Part shown: one piece after another, positions 36,801 through 47,847 of the stretch
Position numbering within the stretch: the stretch's first letter is position 1
Layout of the letters: each line of letters begins with the position of its first letter
Assembly (NCBI GenBank): GCA_905178155.1
Contig: CAJINV010000005.1
Span: 8,058,515-8,122,514 of the forward strand
Direction of reading: 5' to 3'
From: Amoebophrya sp. A120
Lineage: Eukaryota; Protista; Dinoflagellata
DNA: 64,000 nt
Made by a program: the position numbers and the translations under genes
The notes under the pieces: model-generated
Seen by the model: the letters and a program-made list of their open reading frames with translations, nothing else
Told to the model about the DNA's origin: nothing
Database searches by the model: none

Positions 36801-39800
36801 TTTATCCACTTATGAATCCATCGTGTCTGCTGGCCCCCGGACTGACTGCAACAGAGTGAATCAATCCGCAATGCATAAAAGCTGCTTTTTATCTGACACA
36901 AGCTGTTCTACTTTGTCATGCAATAGTCGCTGTTTGCTTGAGTTTGCGTGAAATATATCAGCATCACAAATTTTATCTTTTTCCCGACCGCCAGACCGAA
37001 TGATCCAAACTTTTCGTACTGAAGCCCCAGACGTCCGCCGGATATCCTTCATAACCTTGCCGCCCTGGAATTTTATTTTGTTTTCAATATGCCATCCTCG
37101 CATGACAAAACTTTTCATTTTTCGAGAGAAAATCGAAGTCCGCACTTCTTCTCGGGCTCGGGCAAATTGAACTTCTTCTCGGGATCGGAATACTTGTTCC
37201 GTAAAACAAAATGAAAATCAGACCATCGGGAACAAGCAATAAAATTTCACTTTCACTTTTTTTAATACAGCGGCGGGGAATTAATATTATACCTTCCCAA
37301 TAATCCACCCGACCTCTTCCCGGCTCAAAAAGAGCCGGACCCTGCTGAGACTTTCGGGCTCCAGCATCGTGCCGATGTGCAGGTCCTTGTGCGTAATCGC
37401 TTCCTCCAATTTCTGGGTCAGCATTTGCGTGGCGATCCGAAGTTGTTCGTAGGAGCTTCCCTGAATCACAATTTTGCGCCACTGCTCGTGCTTGTGCAGC
37501 TTCTCGTCGAATTGTCGGGAACGCACCGCTATGAACTGCGAAAGCATCGTACTAGTAGTATGAATTGCAATACAAATTAGCCCAGCATTACAAAGTAAAT
37601 TTGTAATGCGGATTTGCCTTCAAAAAAAAGATTTGTAATGCATAAAAGCAATTAGTACGAGTACTCGATACTTTTGCACAGGATAACCGAACTAGCGAAT
37701 TCCAACTTCAGCGGGGGGGTGGTCGGTCCGGGTTCCTCTATCGCAAGAAAAAACAGCTTCACTGTGATAATTTTATTGCAAGAACCGCATCACAAGTTCT
37801 TTCCGTCACATGACACAGAAAATTTGCCACGCACGCGTTTCCCATAGGGGAAAACACAGTTGAAACTCCAATGCCCTATGCAGGTGTAAAGAGACAAATA
37901 GTTCTGTGCTCCATTTTCTGCATCACAAGTTCACAGTGAAACAGTTTTTTCTTGCCATATCCTCCATGTCGACTCTGATGCAGTTTGAAGCCTTCCGGAC
38001 CTCCGTCAGCATCGACTTCGCGGACATGCGCTCGATGCCAATCGTGGGTACCTGGTGGAAATGGGAATTGTCGTGTGTGAGGTTCTTGTTCTTTTCGTGT
38101 ATTATAGTTTGCTGGCGGAGTTGAAATTTTTCTGGCTCCGTGGACTCACGATTGTCGTGCTGCACAAATGATGCTTATTTCTTCTGAGTGCTCAAATCAC
38201 TGTCTATATCTTCTGAGTGGTCAGATATCGATAGAAGATCTGAGTGCTCAGATATTATGACTAGATAGACTTGTCTTGATTTCCTCTGAGTGCTTATTTC
38301 TTCTGAATCATACGAAATAAAGAGAGAGAGAAACTAGGGTGCGAACAGTTGTTCAAATTGGATTCATTCTAGAGTGGTGCGATTCGACTTTTTCATTTTC
38401 CGCGGAATGAATTCTGGTAGCACTAGCATACTTCTTCCGCGCTAGCGCAAAAGAACCTTGCTTATACTTCACAACGATGAACTGTGACTAGAGATGGTAG
38501 GCGTGAAAATCCTATGGGTACAAAAAGCCAAAAGAGTGTATAAGGTGTTTATCAATAAAAGCAATTTATCGAAATCGACCAAATACTGCGTTTTAGTGAA
38601 AAAATTTTGAGCAAGATTCAAAGTAGCACTAAACTCGTCCTCCTCGCCAGATATGACAAGTCAAGTCTACTTCAGTGCCGTGATTGCGATCCAATTGGGC
38701 AAATAAGTCCCCCGGGCGGGGCTCTGGGGTCCGACCTCCAAGCGTGGGCGCTTGTTCTTTGGGCCCCACCATCCTCCCCCGGCGCCCTCCCGTGGCTTCC
38801 GTGCACTGCTAAACAGAATGGGAAGGCCAGGAGTTTGACCATTCACCGCGCAAACAGAATGGAACGAAAGGGCGGGGGTTGGCCATTCGCCAGAAGGGAA
38901 AGGTCGGGAGTTTGACCATTCACCAGGGGGGGAAGGCGGTCGGGAGTTTGGCCATTCACCGTTGAAATTTTTCTGGCTCCGTGGACTCACGATTGTCGTG
39001 CTGCTCGTGGTGCACGTGCAATGACATAAATGCGTAGTGGTCCTCTATCTAAATGTTAAAGAGCAACGACAGTAGCAATCATGTACTTTTACAGTAGAGA
39101 ACTTCTTCTACAGCAACAAGTTTTTATGGGTGCGATTTATACCAGCAGGTTCACCAAAAACGTCCTTTGCGCACAGGTTTCTAAGCACTTGACAAACAAC
39201 TCCACGCCCGCGAGCTTGAATTGGTACACCCCGCCGGTCTCTCGACTGCAAAGATGCTTGGGTCTGGAAGAGTGGAACTTGTGATGCTGTCTGCGGATTC
39301 TAAAAATGTCTGTGTTGCATGAGCAGCAAGAGGAGTCAGCTCTTGGCACGCGGAGAGGGCATTTCTCATGCGTAATCAGCATCAAGAAGCTCTCAAAAAA
39401 TCTGTGATGCTAGCACCAGCATCACAGACTTGATGGGTCATGCAAAATGTGCATAACAAGCCCCGACTCTTCCAGACCCAGACATTTTTGCAATGCATAC
39501 GGTCTATAGACTGCAAAGATGCTTGGGTCTGGAAAAGTGAAACTACCCCGCTAGGCATCGTGTCTAACATTGCTGCAAAAGGGGAAGCTGTATTTATTTT
39601 ATTGCAGCATGGACGATAAATAAAGCTGATCCTTCTTCTCAGTTATGCACCAACGCGCACTGCGCACGACGAAAAGCGCTTTCAAAAGTTGTCATGCTAA
39701 GCGATCTTTGTGAAGCGTTTTCGAAAGTTGTCATGCTTTGTTCCGCTTGCAAGTGCCGTCATGCCGGTTACTATCCATAATTCTGCTCCATCAAAAGTTT

Positions 39801-42800
39801 CTGTTTCCTTTTCCGGACCGAGACATATGAGTTGCGATGCATACGATTTCGACCAGCCGCTGCTCTCCCATGTTGTTCAGCTCCTTCACTTCAAAAGTCG
39901 CCCCGGAATGCTTTCGGAGATCCAGAATGACGTTACCTGAAGGTAGAGTATTTTTGACATTTTGTGATGGTAAAATAGCAAAATAGGTAATAGCGTAATG
40001 GTCTTGATATATTCTTCCCTATCACGCATCACAGATCCAGTTTCTCGGTCGTATCACGCAATACAAATTCCTTTACCGTTCCTCCCGATCATCCAGCTAG
40101 CTTTGTATCCGGGGGCACAACTACCCCCCCACCTCGGCCCGCATTTATCACAACGCGTGAGCAGCAACACAAGCAACGGCAGAGATGTAGCTTCCACAAG
40201 ACAAATCTGCGGGAAAAGATTGTTGTACTGTTTTAGGCACTTAGTTTGTTATGCAGACGGTGCTCAATACAGGCAAAATCTGTAACTGTGTTTGGGTTTT
40301 TGCATGCCATCGAATGCGGGGAAGTGGCGACCACACGGGTGGAAGTTGTGCACTCTGATACTTCGTTTTTGGAAACCAAAAATTTGAAATTCTGGGTGAC
40401 TTGCAGGGGTGACAGCACGGTGTTCAAGTATCCTGTGGAAAAACGTCCCCACCCTATATCTGTGATGCAAATCTGTATGCTGAAAATATTTCTCATGCGG
40501 AGCCACATGGGAAGAGTTTTCTAGTGGCGTTTTGGAATTTGCTATGCTCCAGTCAGCATTGGGTGCTAGGTCTGTGATGCTGCTGAACTACTGCAACAGC
40601 ATTACACTACGAGGCCAGACCTGTCATGCGCAACAGCCAAAGCTGGTTGATTTGTCTAGCAGGTTTCCCATCTTGACTCTGGTGTGGGGACGTTTTTCCG
40701 AATGATATCAAAAAGTTCGGCATCATCTGCGACTCCTTCACGAGTTGCAAGTTCGAGTACATTATCAAATGCAGATATGTCTGGGTCTGGAACAAGATTG
40801 GAACCTGTATTGCGCATCTTGAATTCCTGTATAAATCTGTATTGCATGACTAAGAAAAAGAAGCCTTCTCTTGTCATGCAAAAGCGCAGTTTCTGATGCG
40901 CACGTCGGATGAGGAACAAGTGTCCGAGAAATTTGTCATGCCTGGCTGCACCCAGGAGTATGCTCAATCATCGGCACTCAGCATCACAGGCTTCCAGACC
41001 CAGACATATTTGCAATCCATATACATCTTCGGCTTCACCGTGAAATCGCGTTCAGACAGTCGCGCTTCGTTCGCGACAGCTTGGACAATCTTTTTCGATT
41101 TGATGATTCCATTTTGAACGATCTTCCTAACGCGCATGAGAAACCCTTTTATTTTGTCATGCATACTTCCAAGTACTACTCACTACATCAGACAAAAACA
41201 CACCACAAGTACCTCGTAAATCATCGTGGTTGCCACCAGAATGCTTTCCATATCGCCGACCTATGGCCTGCAAATATGTCTCGGTCTGGAAGAGCAGTGC
41301 GCGGAACTGTCATGCATCTCGTGCACCACGCAGCTCGTCTGGAATGCGCGACGAAGCTGTATCACCTTTTGCACAAGAGCTTCTCCATGCCTATTCCGCG
41401 TGAGAAATCGGCCTTTTGCTGCGTAGCAACAAGAAGTGGGTTCTAGGTTTTAGCGTTCACGCAACGCAGGTTTTGTATACGATTCAGACTCAGCATGACA
41501 AGTTGCAGTGTTCCAGCACTAGACTACATCTTTGCAGTTGATACGACCAATCGCAGAACGAAGTCCGTCCCGAAGCTCGGCGATTTCGGTAAATCCACCT
41601 TGTCAATCCGCGACTTGTGAATAATCTCCTTGATCTTTTCCCCGCGAACCCCCAAAACGGAAGCGATAACGAGTTGCGGAATGCAGAGACAGAAAAACAG
41701 CCGCATCGGTTTGTTCGCGCGTTCGATCACCGTCTGGGTCGTACTTGTAGTTGTAGAAGGGTCTACTCCTGTTGCAGGATTCACAACAATGGTCGCGCCA
41801 TCCGAAGAACTTTTATTATTTTCGGTCGTAGCACCATAATTATCCTTGCTGCCTGACTTTATTAGCACCGGATCCACCAGAGTAGAGGGTCCTCCCCCTG
41901 CGGCTGCGGTTTCCTCAGTAGTTGTTTTCGACTCTGGTTGTACAACTTCCGCAGAAGTGGCATGATTTTGACTATCCTTGGTCCCACCTTGCGTCGAAGC
42001 TGCACCACCACTCGAGTCTGCTGCTGCGGTACTACTCTGATTCTGACTCTGTTCCCCCGCAGCTGCTGCTGCACCTGCAGTAGAAGTAGTACTATTCGTG
42101 TTTTTCACCGGAACCACCGATTTTGTGACCAACACCGCGTTGCTGTGCAAGGTCGCCTCCACCTTTTGCAGCACGTAACGACACATTTGCAATTTATTCT
42201 CCGCTATCCTGTGGAATCAACTACGCATCGCACTCGCATAAATCGCAACCTCGCATGAGACAGTTCTTACTTGAATCTGCATCGCAAACTCCGCACTTGC
42301 TTCCCTAGTACAAGCAAATGTTGTATTTTTCTATTGCGATTTATACTAGCGGGAAGATCATAGTACTTTTCCACTGCATATCCGGGGTGCTCGCCCGGAT
42401 GATGAGCATTTTGTCCTCCAAATTCGCCAGCTCCCCGTCCTTGGTAACGTCTACCCGGGCAAAAACGTCCCCGATCCGACTGACGATCGTCTTCAGATTT
42501 TCCCCTGCTTTCCCCACGATCGGCCCCGCCGCAGGCGCTGGCACAAGGCAGCGCCACGGGACGGGGACATTGTCATCCCTCCGGTGCGCAGAGGTGACGC
42601 CCTGTAAGTTGTGGTGGTAGTTCTCCCTGACCGAGTACGCGCCGGAGCCGGAGTGGTCTCGGGTGGAAGTAGACGTGTTGTTAATATTATTGTTACCATA
42701 GTAGGAAGAGTTATTGTTGTTTCCTTTCTCATACGAGGACGACCCTTTGTCGTTGTTGTACTTGTCATAGCTCGTCGAGGACCCCCCTTTATCGTGGCTG

Positions 42801-44727
42801 TTGTTGTACCCTTTGTCGTTATACCCTTTGATGTTCTCGTTGTAACCAGAAATTGATCCTTTCTCGTTATTATATCCCGACGAAGATCCGCCTCCGCCCC
42901 TGTCGTATATCCTATGTAAAAACGTACCCACCCCATAGTCAAGATGGGGAATCGGCTAGACAAATCCACAAGCTTTGGCTGTTTCGCATGACAAATTCGG
43001 ACGCGTATTGTAGTGCTGTTTGAGCTAGTTCAGCAGCATTACAGATCTAGTCTCTCATGCTGATTGGAGCTTGACAAATTTCAAAACACCATTAGAAAAT
43101 GCTTCTCATGGGGCTCCGCATGAGAAACATTTTAAGCTTGCAGATTTGCATGACAACTCTGGTGTGGGTACGTTTTTACTCAGGATATCGTAGCCTTTGT
43201 CAACATTATACTTGTCACCATAGTTTCCTGAGGAGGAATATGAAATGCAAAAGCATCGTACATACTAGTAGAAATCGCATGACAACTTTCGCCAGCATGA
43301 AAAAGAAAATTTGTAATGCGGATTTAACTTGAGAAAGAAATTTGTCTTGCATGAATGCGATTAGTACGAGTACGATACGTTTGCACAGGATAATGAATTC
43401 TTGTCGTGGTACGAGCCACCGCCTGATTGCCCCTTCGTGTTCATCGCTTCTCCATTGCCGTAGGAAGTCGTGTGGTAAGTAGATGTGTCGCGATAAGCCC
43501 CACCAGGAGGTATCCAAGAAAAAAACAATGTAGGTGTAACTTTTTTGAAGGAACAGCATTACAAATCTGCCTGGCATGACAGCAAAAACCTGTCACGCGC
43601 GGATAGTACGTGAAAACGCCCTTTAATAGACCCTGCAACGCATGCCAAGCATGACAGACGCAATCATCTTGCATGCTGCGCATCACATATTTACACTAAG
43701 AACGTTTTTTTCTTGGATAGCAGGACCACCTTCTACATTACCTCGGTCTACTACTCCGCCCCTACCGCCACTGCTGCTGTTCAGGCTTCCATACACAGAA
43801 GCAGGAGCTCCGGTGGAGGTGTTTGCGGAGGAGGTTTGTTCTCTATCTTCGTACGACCTGTACTTTCTTCCGCCCTGCGCTGCTGGTACGATATCCTCAG
43901 ACCCGGGCATCGCTTTTCCCGCAGCATTCGTCGGCGTGGGGATACAGGGGGCGGAGAGCTGAAATATGCAAGAAAAAAAACTGTGTGAGTGTAACTCTCT
44001 GATGCAGAAAGTGCAACACTATTACACTTGTCATGCTGGATCTGCGCGATAGGCTACTCTCATACGTGTTTCCACGTGCTAGCTGCGCATGACAGGTCTT
44101 CTCTGTAATGCAAAACGAATTTGTGATGCTGTTCTTCCTACAAAGTCACACTTACACAGTTTTTTCCCTGAATATGAAACTGTGGCTGTTTATTGAAGGA
44201 GACGTTGGCAGTATCCCAAGAAAAAAGTGTTACAGTTACACATAATTTGTTGCAACTTTAGCAACACAGACTTGCTCTGCATTGCAGAGAAAACTTGCGG
44301 TGCAGAAATCCTAAGGTAAGGGAAAACACGTATAAAACGAGTCTCGCATGCCTTTCCAGCATGAGAGAGGTTGTCTGTCTTGCACGTTCTGCAACACGAT
44401 GTGTAGCCGTAACACTTTTTTCGTTGCATAAGCAGCATGGTTGATGGTATTTGGATTTTCTCCGGCTGGCGGTGGCGCTCCTGCCAGCAGAGTGGTGGAA
44501 TCCAGCGAGGCTCCCCGTGACGTCGACCCCTTCATCTTCTGACCGATCACGATCACCCTTTCGCTAATACCATTGTCGCCGTCCGCCGTTGCAGAGTCTA
44601 CAACTTGGGGATCCGTCGCTGACGCCGTCGGGTTGTCGTTTATTCCAGGTTCGCGCTCGGAACTGTTCCGATGGCTACTGTAGTGGTGCTCCTTTGAGGA
44701 CGCGTTGCTCTGGCTGTAGTTCGGCAT
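33878..44727 (-). CDS. Multi-KH-domain RNA-binding protein; ~19-20 introners plus GT-AG introns
   Basis: KH-like segments LVPAPAAGPIVGKAGENLKTI, IPQLVIASVLGVRGEKIKEI, LFLSREEVGWIIGKGGKVMKDIRRTSGA; linkage across 38052-39142 assumes a GT-AG intron. Confidence 0.7.
34256..34464. mobile_element. Introner family F
   Basis: TSD CTGGT. Confidence 0.9.
34766..34982. mobile_element. Introner family E
   Basis: TSD TTCGA/TTCCA. Confidence 0.85.
35277..35503. mobile_element. Introner family F
   Basis: TSD TCCTT. Confidence 0.85.
35857..36170. mobile_element. Introner family B variant
   Basis: TSD GACAG. Confidence 0.9.
36201..36350. mobile_element. Introner family C
   Basis: TSD CCCCT/GCCCT. Confidence 0.9.
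36502..36755. mobile_element. Introner family A
   Basis: TSD AGCCA/AGCCG. Confidence 0.9.
37065..37292 (-). other. Canonical GT-AG intron in the KH gene
   Basis: Joins IIGK|GGKVMK, the KH GxxG loop. Confidence 0.75.
37530..37685. mobile_element. Introner family C
   Basis: TSD ACCGC/ACCGA. Confidence 0.85.
37739..37959. mobile_element. Introner family F
   Basis: TSD TCCTC. Confidence 0.9.
38271..38669. repeat. ~400-bp dispersed repeat, copy 1
   Basis: Near-identical to 46967-47373. Confidence 0.9.
39240..39499. mobile_element. Introner family A (tandem pair, first)
   Basis: TSD CGGTC. Confidence 0.85.
39505..39843. mobile_element. Introner family A, degenerate (tandem pair, second)
   Basis: TSD CGGTC/CGATT. 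Confidence 0.7.
40429..40707. mobile_element. Introner family D
   Basis: TSD TCAAG/TCAAA. Confidence 0.9.
40763..41021. mobile_element. Introner family A
   Basis: TSD TACAT. Confidence 0.9.
41262..41543. mobile_element. Introner family A, degenerate
   Basis: TSD CGACC. Confidence 0.85.
42205..42380. mobile_element. Introner family C, degenerate
   Basis: TSD TCCGC/TCCGG. Confidence 0.75.
42908..43187. mobile_element. Introner family D
   Basis: TSD TCGTA. Confidence 0.9.
43239..43392. mobile_element. Introner family C
   Basis: TSD AGGAA/ATGAA. Confidence 0.85.
43511..43719. mobile_element. Introner family G
   Basis: TSD GGAGG/GCAGG. Confidence 0.85.
43965..44174. mobile_element. Introner family G
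   Basis: TSD TGAAA. Confidence 0.85.
44212..44430. mobile_element. Introner family G
   Basis: TSD GGCAG/AGCAG. Confidence 0.85.
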
Positions 44728-45482
44728 CTTGAAGATTGTTCCTTTTCTTCGAAATAAAAATCAAAGCTTGGCTTATGTGTGAAGATCTACTTGATGTTTT
44801 TATTCGCTCAACGCACACGGATCTACTACTCCGTGGTTCCTCCGTACTTCATTTTAGCATTGATCTATTCATACGGAGGTAACTTTGCGACAACGACAAG
44901 CAGAAGACACTGATTGCTGATCCAGAGCGCGGACGTCGAACGGGGCCTCATGATTGATGAAAAACGCCGGAGGAAAGGAAAAAACCGAATAGTCTTCTTC
45001 CCCATCAGGGCCGCAACACCAAAAAGAGAAAAACGAAGTTGTAGGAGCGCTCGAATATACAATTTCCAGATCTTTTGATCAGCTAAAAAGCAAAAGGTGA
45101 AGGAAAGCTTCAAAAAATGCAAAAAGCGGAACCTGACGTGTTCAGTTGTCCGAACACACAGATGACATGAAGGTCGTGTCCAAGCACCCTAAAAGGATGC
45201 GTCAAGATTCACGACGCAAATCCCAAGAAGATTTTTCTTTTGCTCACATGATCAATCAGAGCTTTAGTTACGAGGCCAGTGCTATCCTTCTTGCTGTCCG
45301 TGCGTGCTTGGTGCGCCCTCGTACAACTGTTGGCAAAAGAATAAATCAAAAATTAGGCTTTATTGAAAAAAATACTTGTATTCAATTTGGTAAAATTTTC
45401 TCCGCGCTTGGTATTCGTGGCTGAACTGCCGTAGTTCAGGCACGCCGACCTGATTCTGTTGAATAAACCCCGCCGGCATGAT

Positions 45483-46244
45483 TCAGGTGGACAGTGTGCT
45501 GATCCGACCCGTGTTTGGCGGGTCGGTCTTGGCTTCAGTGGTCACTGGTGCGGGGGCGGGTTGGTGCACGGCCACTGGATCTTGGGTGGCTTGCGCAGAA
45601 AAACGAACCTCTCCGTTTGGCCGAAACAAGTCTCGCGCTCCTCCTGAACCACACAAAATAGCTTCAAATGGCTCCAACACTGTCCCACTGAAGTCCCCCC
45701 ACACTCTCCCACTGGGCTGGGACGCCACGCGCAAGCCCGGGCTGGTTGGATTTCTTTCTGGCCGCGGCTGGAGCTGGTTGAAACTCGCCGGATTTTCTTC
45801 CACCTCCTGTGTCACGCCCCCACCAGGTCGGACTTGCACAAACGACGTTCTTTTCTTCGAACTGGTCAACGAGCACCACTTTTTCTCCTCCAAGTTCGAC
45901 ACGATTCCATTGTTGTCCTCGTCGGCGCCCAGACGACACAGCAGTGCATTCCGGGCCTGCTCGAAGATTTCCAAGACACTGGGAATCGGCGTCTGCGGGT
46001 CGTTCACCACCTGCAGCGCGAGCGTCACGTTCGCCGAAAACACCGGCTCTTGCAGATCCTGACTGGTGGTGACCTTCTTGGTTTTTTGCGTGAAGGAACG
46101 AGGAGTGGGAGACTTCTCGAACGCGCCCGCTTCTGCCTCCGGAATGTGAGCCGGAGCCGCGGGGGTGTGCATTTCGCCGAAAACGAGAGCTGCGCCCGAC
46201 AGAAAAGCCGGGATCGCCTTCGAGGTGGAGATGCGGAAAACCAT
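45483..46244 (-). CDS. Hypothetical intronless protein with signal-peptide-like N-terminus
   Basis: ORF 45483..46271, first ATG at 46244 (MVFRISTSKAIPAFLSGAALVFG); same strand as neighbours. Confidence 0.45.
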   Translation of the reverse strand: MVFRISTSKAIPAFLSGAALVFGEMHTPAAPAHIPEAEAGAFEKSPTPRSFTQKTKKVTTSQDLQEPVFSANVTLALQVVNDPQTPIPSVLEIFEQARNALLCRLGADEDNNGIVSNLEEKKWCSLTSSKKRTSFVQVRPGGGVTQEVEENPASFNQLQPRPERNPTSPGLRVASQPSGRVWGDFSGTVLEPFEAILCGSGGARDLFRPNGEVRFSAQATQDPVAVHQPAPAPVTTEAKTDPPNTGRISTLST

Positions 46245-46966
46245 TTTGATGCTTTGCTGTTCCTTTTTCAACGCAAATTGGTGGGAAAAAAAACTGCGCT
46301 GGGTGATGCAAAAAAAAATGTTTTGTGCGTTGTTTGTGCTTCGAATTCTACAGTGAGCTCACGGCCTGTCACACGACTGTGCACAGCCCCGTTGCAATCT
46401 CCCATCTGGTCTAGTACTGCCGTGCAGCTGCGAAACAAGCAGCCATCACATGTCATGCCCACTTATTAACGATGCGAATCTTCAGAATCCTGACTCTCAA
46501 TATGTCTGTCCCCGGGAAAACGAGTGCATGATAAACGACAATACTTCTGACGACGAGGCAAAGCAACGAGGTGGCTTCATGACGATGAACGAAGTGCTTG
46601 CTTCTGATGCCCCTACTTCGCCTATGCCTTCTTTCGATGCTGCTACGACTATAAAATTATCTACGAAATTCCACTTTTCCTCCCAACGCTCACGCATGTG
46701 TCGGCCTGCAATGATGACACCTGCTACCTGAACAACACGTAATGGCCAAAAATGCACCAAGACCGAGAAAAGCGTCGCGGAGTCAACGACGCAAATCCCA
46801 ACGACGAGAAGCTTCTTTTTGCTCACATCAATAAGAGCTGCAGTTACGAGGACACGGACAGTGCTATCCGCTACAAGGCGCGGCAACAATAATTGAGCGA
46901 TAGTTTGATGTTAATTTCCAACCGTGGTGTTTTGTCACTCAGAAACCTGCTCCGCTCCGGGCGGGC

Positions 46967-47373
46967 TGTCTTGATTTCCTCTGAGTGCTTATTTCTTGTG
47001 AATCATACGAAATAAAGAGAGAGAGAAACTAGGGGTGCGATATATTGTTCAAATTGGATTCATTCTAGAGTGGTGCGCTTCGACTCTTTCATTTTCCGCA
47101 GAATGAACTCTGGTAGCACTAGCATACTTCTTCCGCCCTAGCGCTAAAGAACCTTGCTGATCGTTCTTCACAACAACTGTGATCTTCGTATACTAGAGAT
47201 GGTAGGCGTGAAAATCGTATGGGTACAAAAAGCCAAAAGAGTGTATAAGGTGTTTATCAATAAAAGCAATTTATCGAAATCGACCAAATACCGCGTTTTA
47301 GTGAAAAAATTTTGAGCAAGATTCAACGTAGCACTAAACTCGTCCTCGCCAGTTGTGACAAGTCAAGTCAAGT
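46967..47373. repeat. ~400-bp dispersed repeat, copy 2
   Basis: Near-identical to 38271-38669. Confidence 0.9.
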
Positions 47374-47847
47374 CGTCCTACCCAATATCAAGGCCACTCA
47401 AATTATATTCACATCAATCTTGGAAAAGCTAAGAATAATTCATTGCCTATTTCCTGTATTCTATTCCTGGAGGTGAATCGTTGTCCGCATACAGTGGGGC
47501 CCAAAGGGAACACGTGTCAACGCTTCAACACTTGTCGCTCCTTCCGAGGAGCCCCGCGACGATACTGTTCCTGTTGTTTCTGGTTCTATAATCCATTTCG
47601 CAGCTAAACCACCATGTATTCGGCTGGTCTAGATCTAATACTAATCGAAGCTATGTAATTCATACGTAAAAAACTCAAATCAAGTTCACGACTCATGTCT
47701 TCGTACCAGCACGACATAACTACTTCAAGCAGGAGCCGAAGTTTTATTGCTAGTACAACTGGCAGCAGGGGGACCTCCTACAGAGGCGGCTGCAGTAAGC
47801 GGAGCAACAACAGCAACAGGCGCGGTGGACGAGCTATTCGTAGTGGT

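Noticed and set aside
18300-44727. SPO11 or the KH protein as the introner mobilising or splicing machinery
   Set aside because: Only proximity supports it, and eukaryotic gene order gives no functional link here
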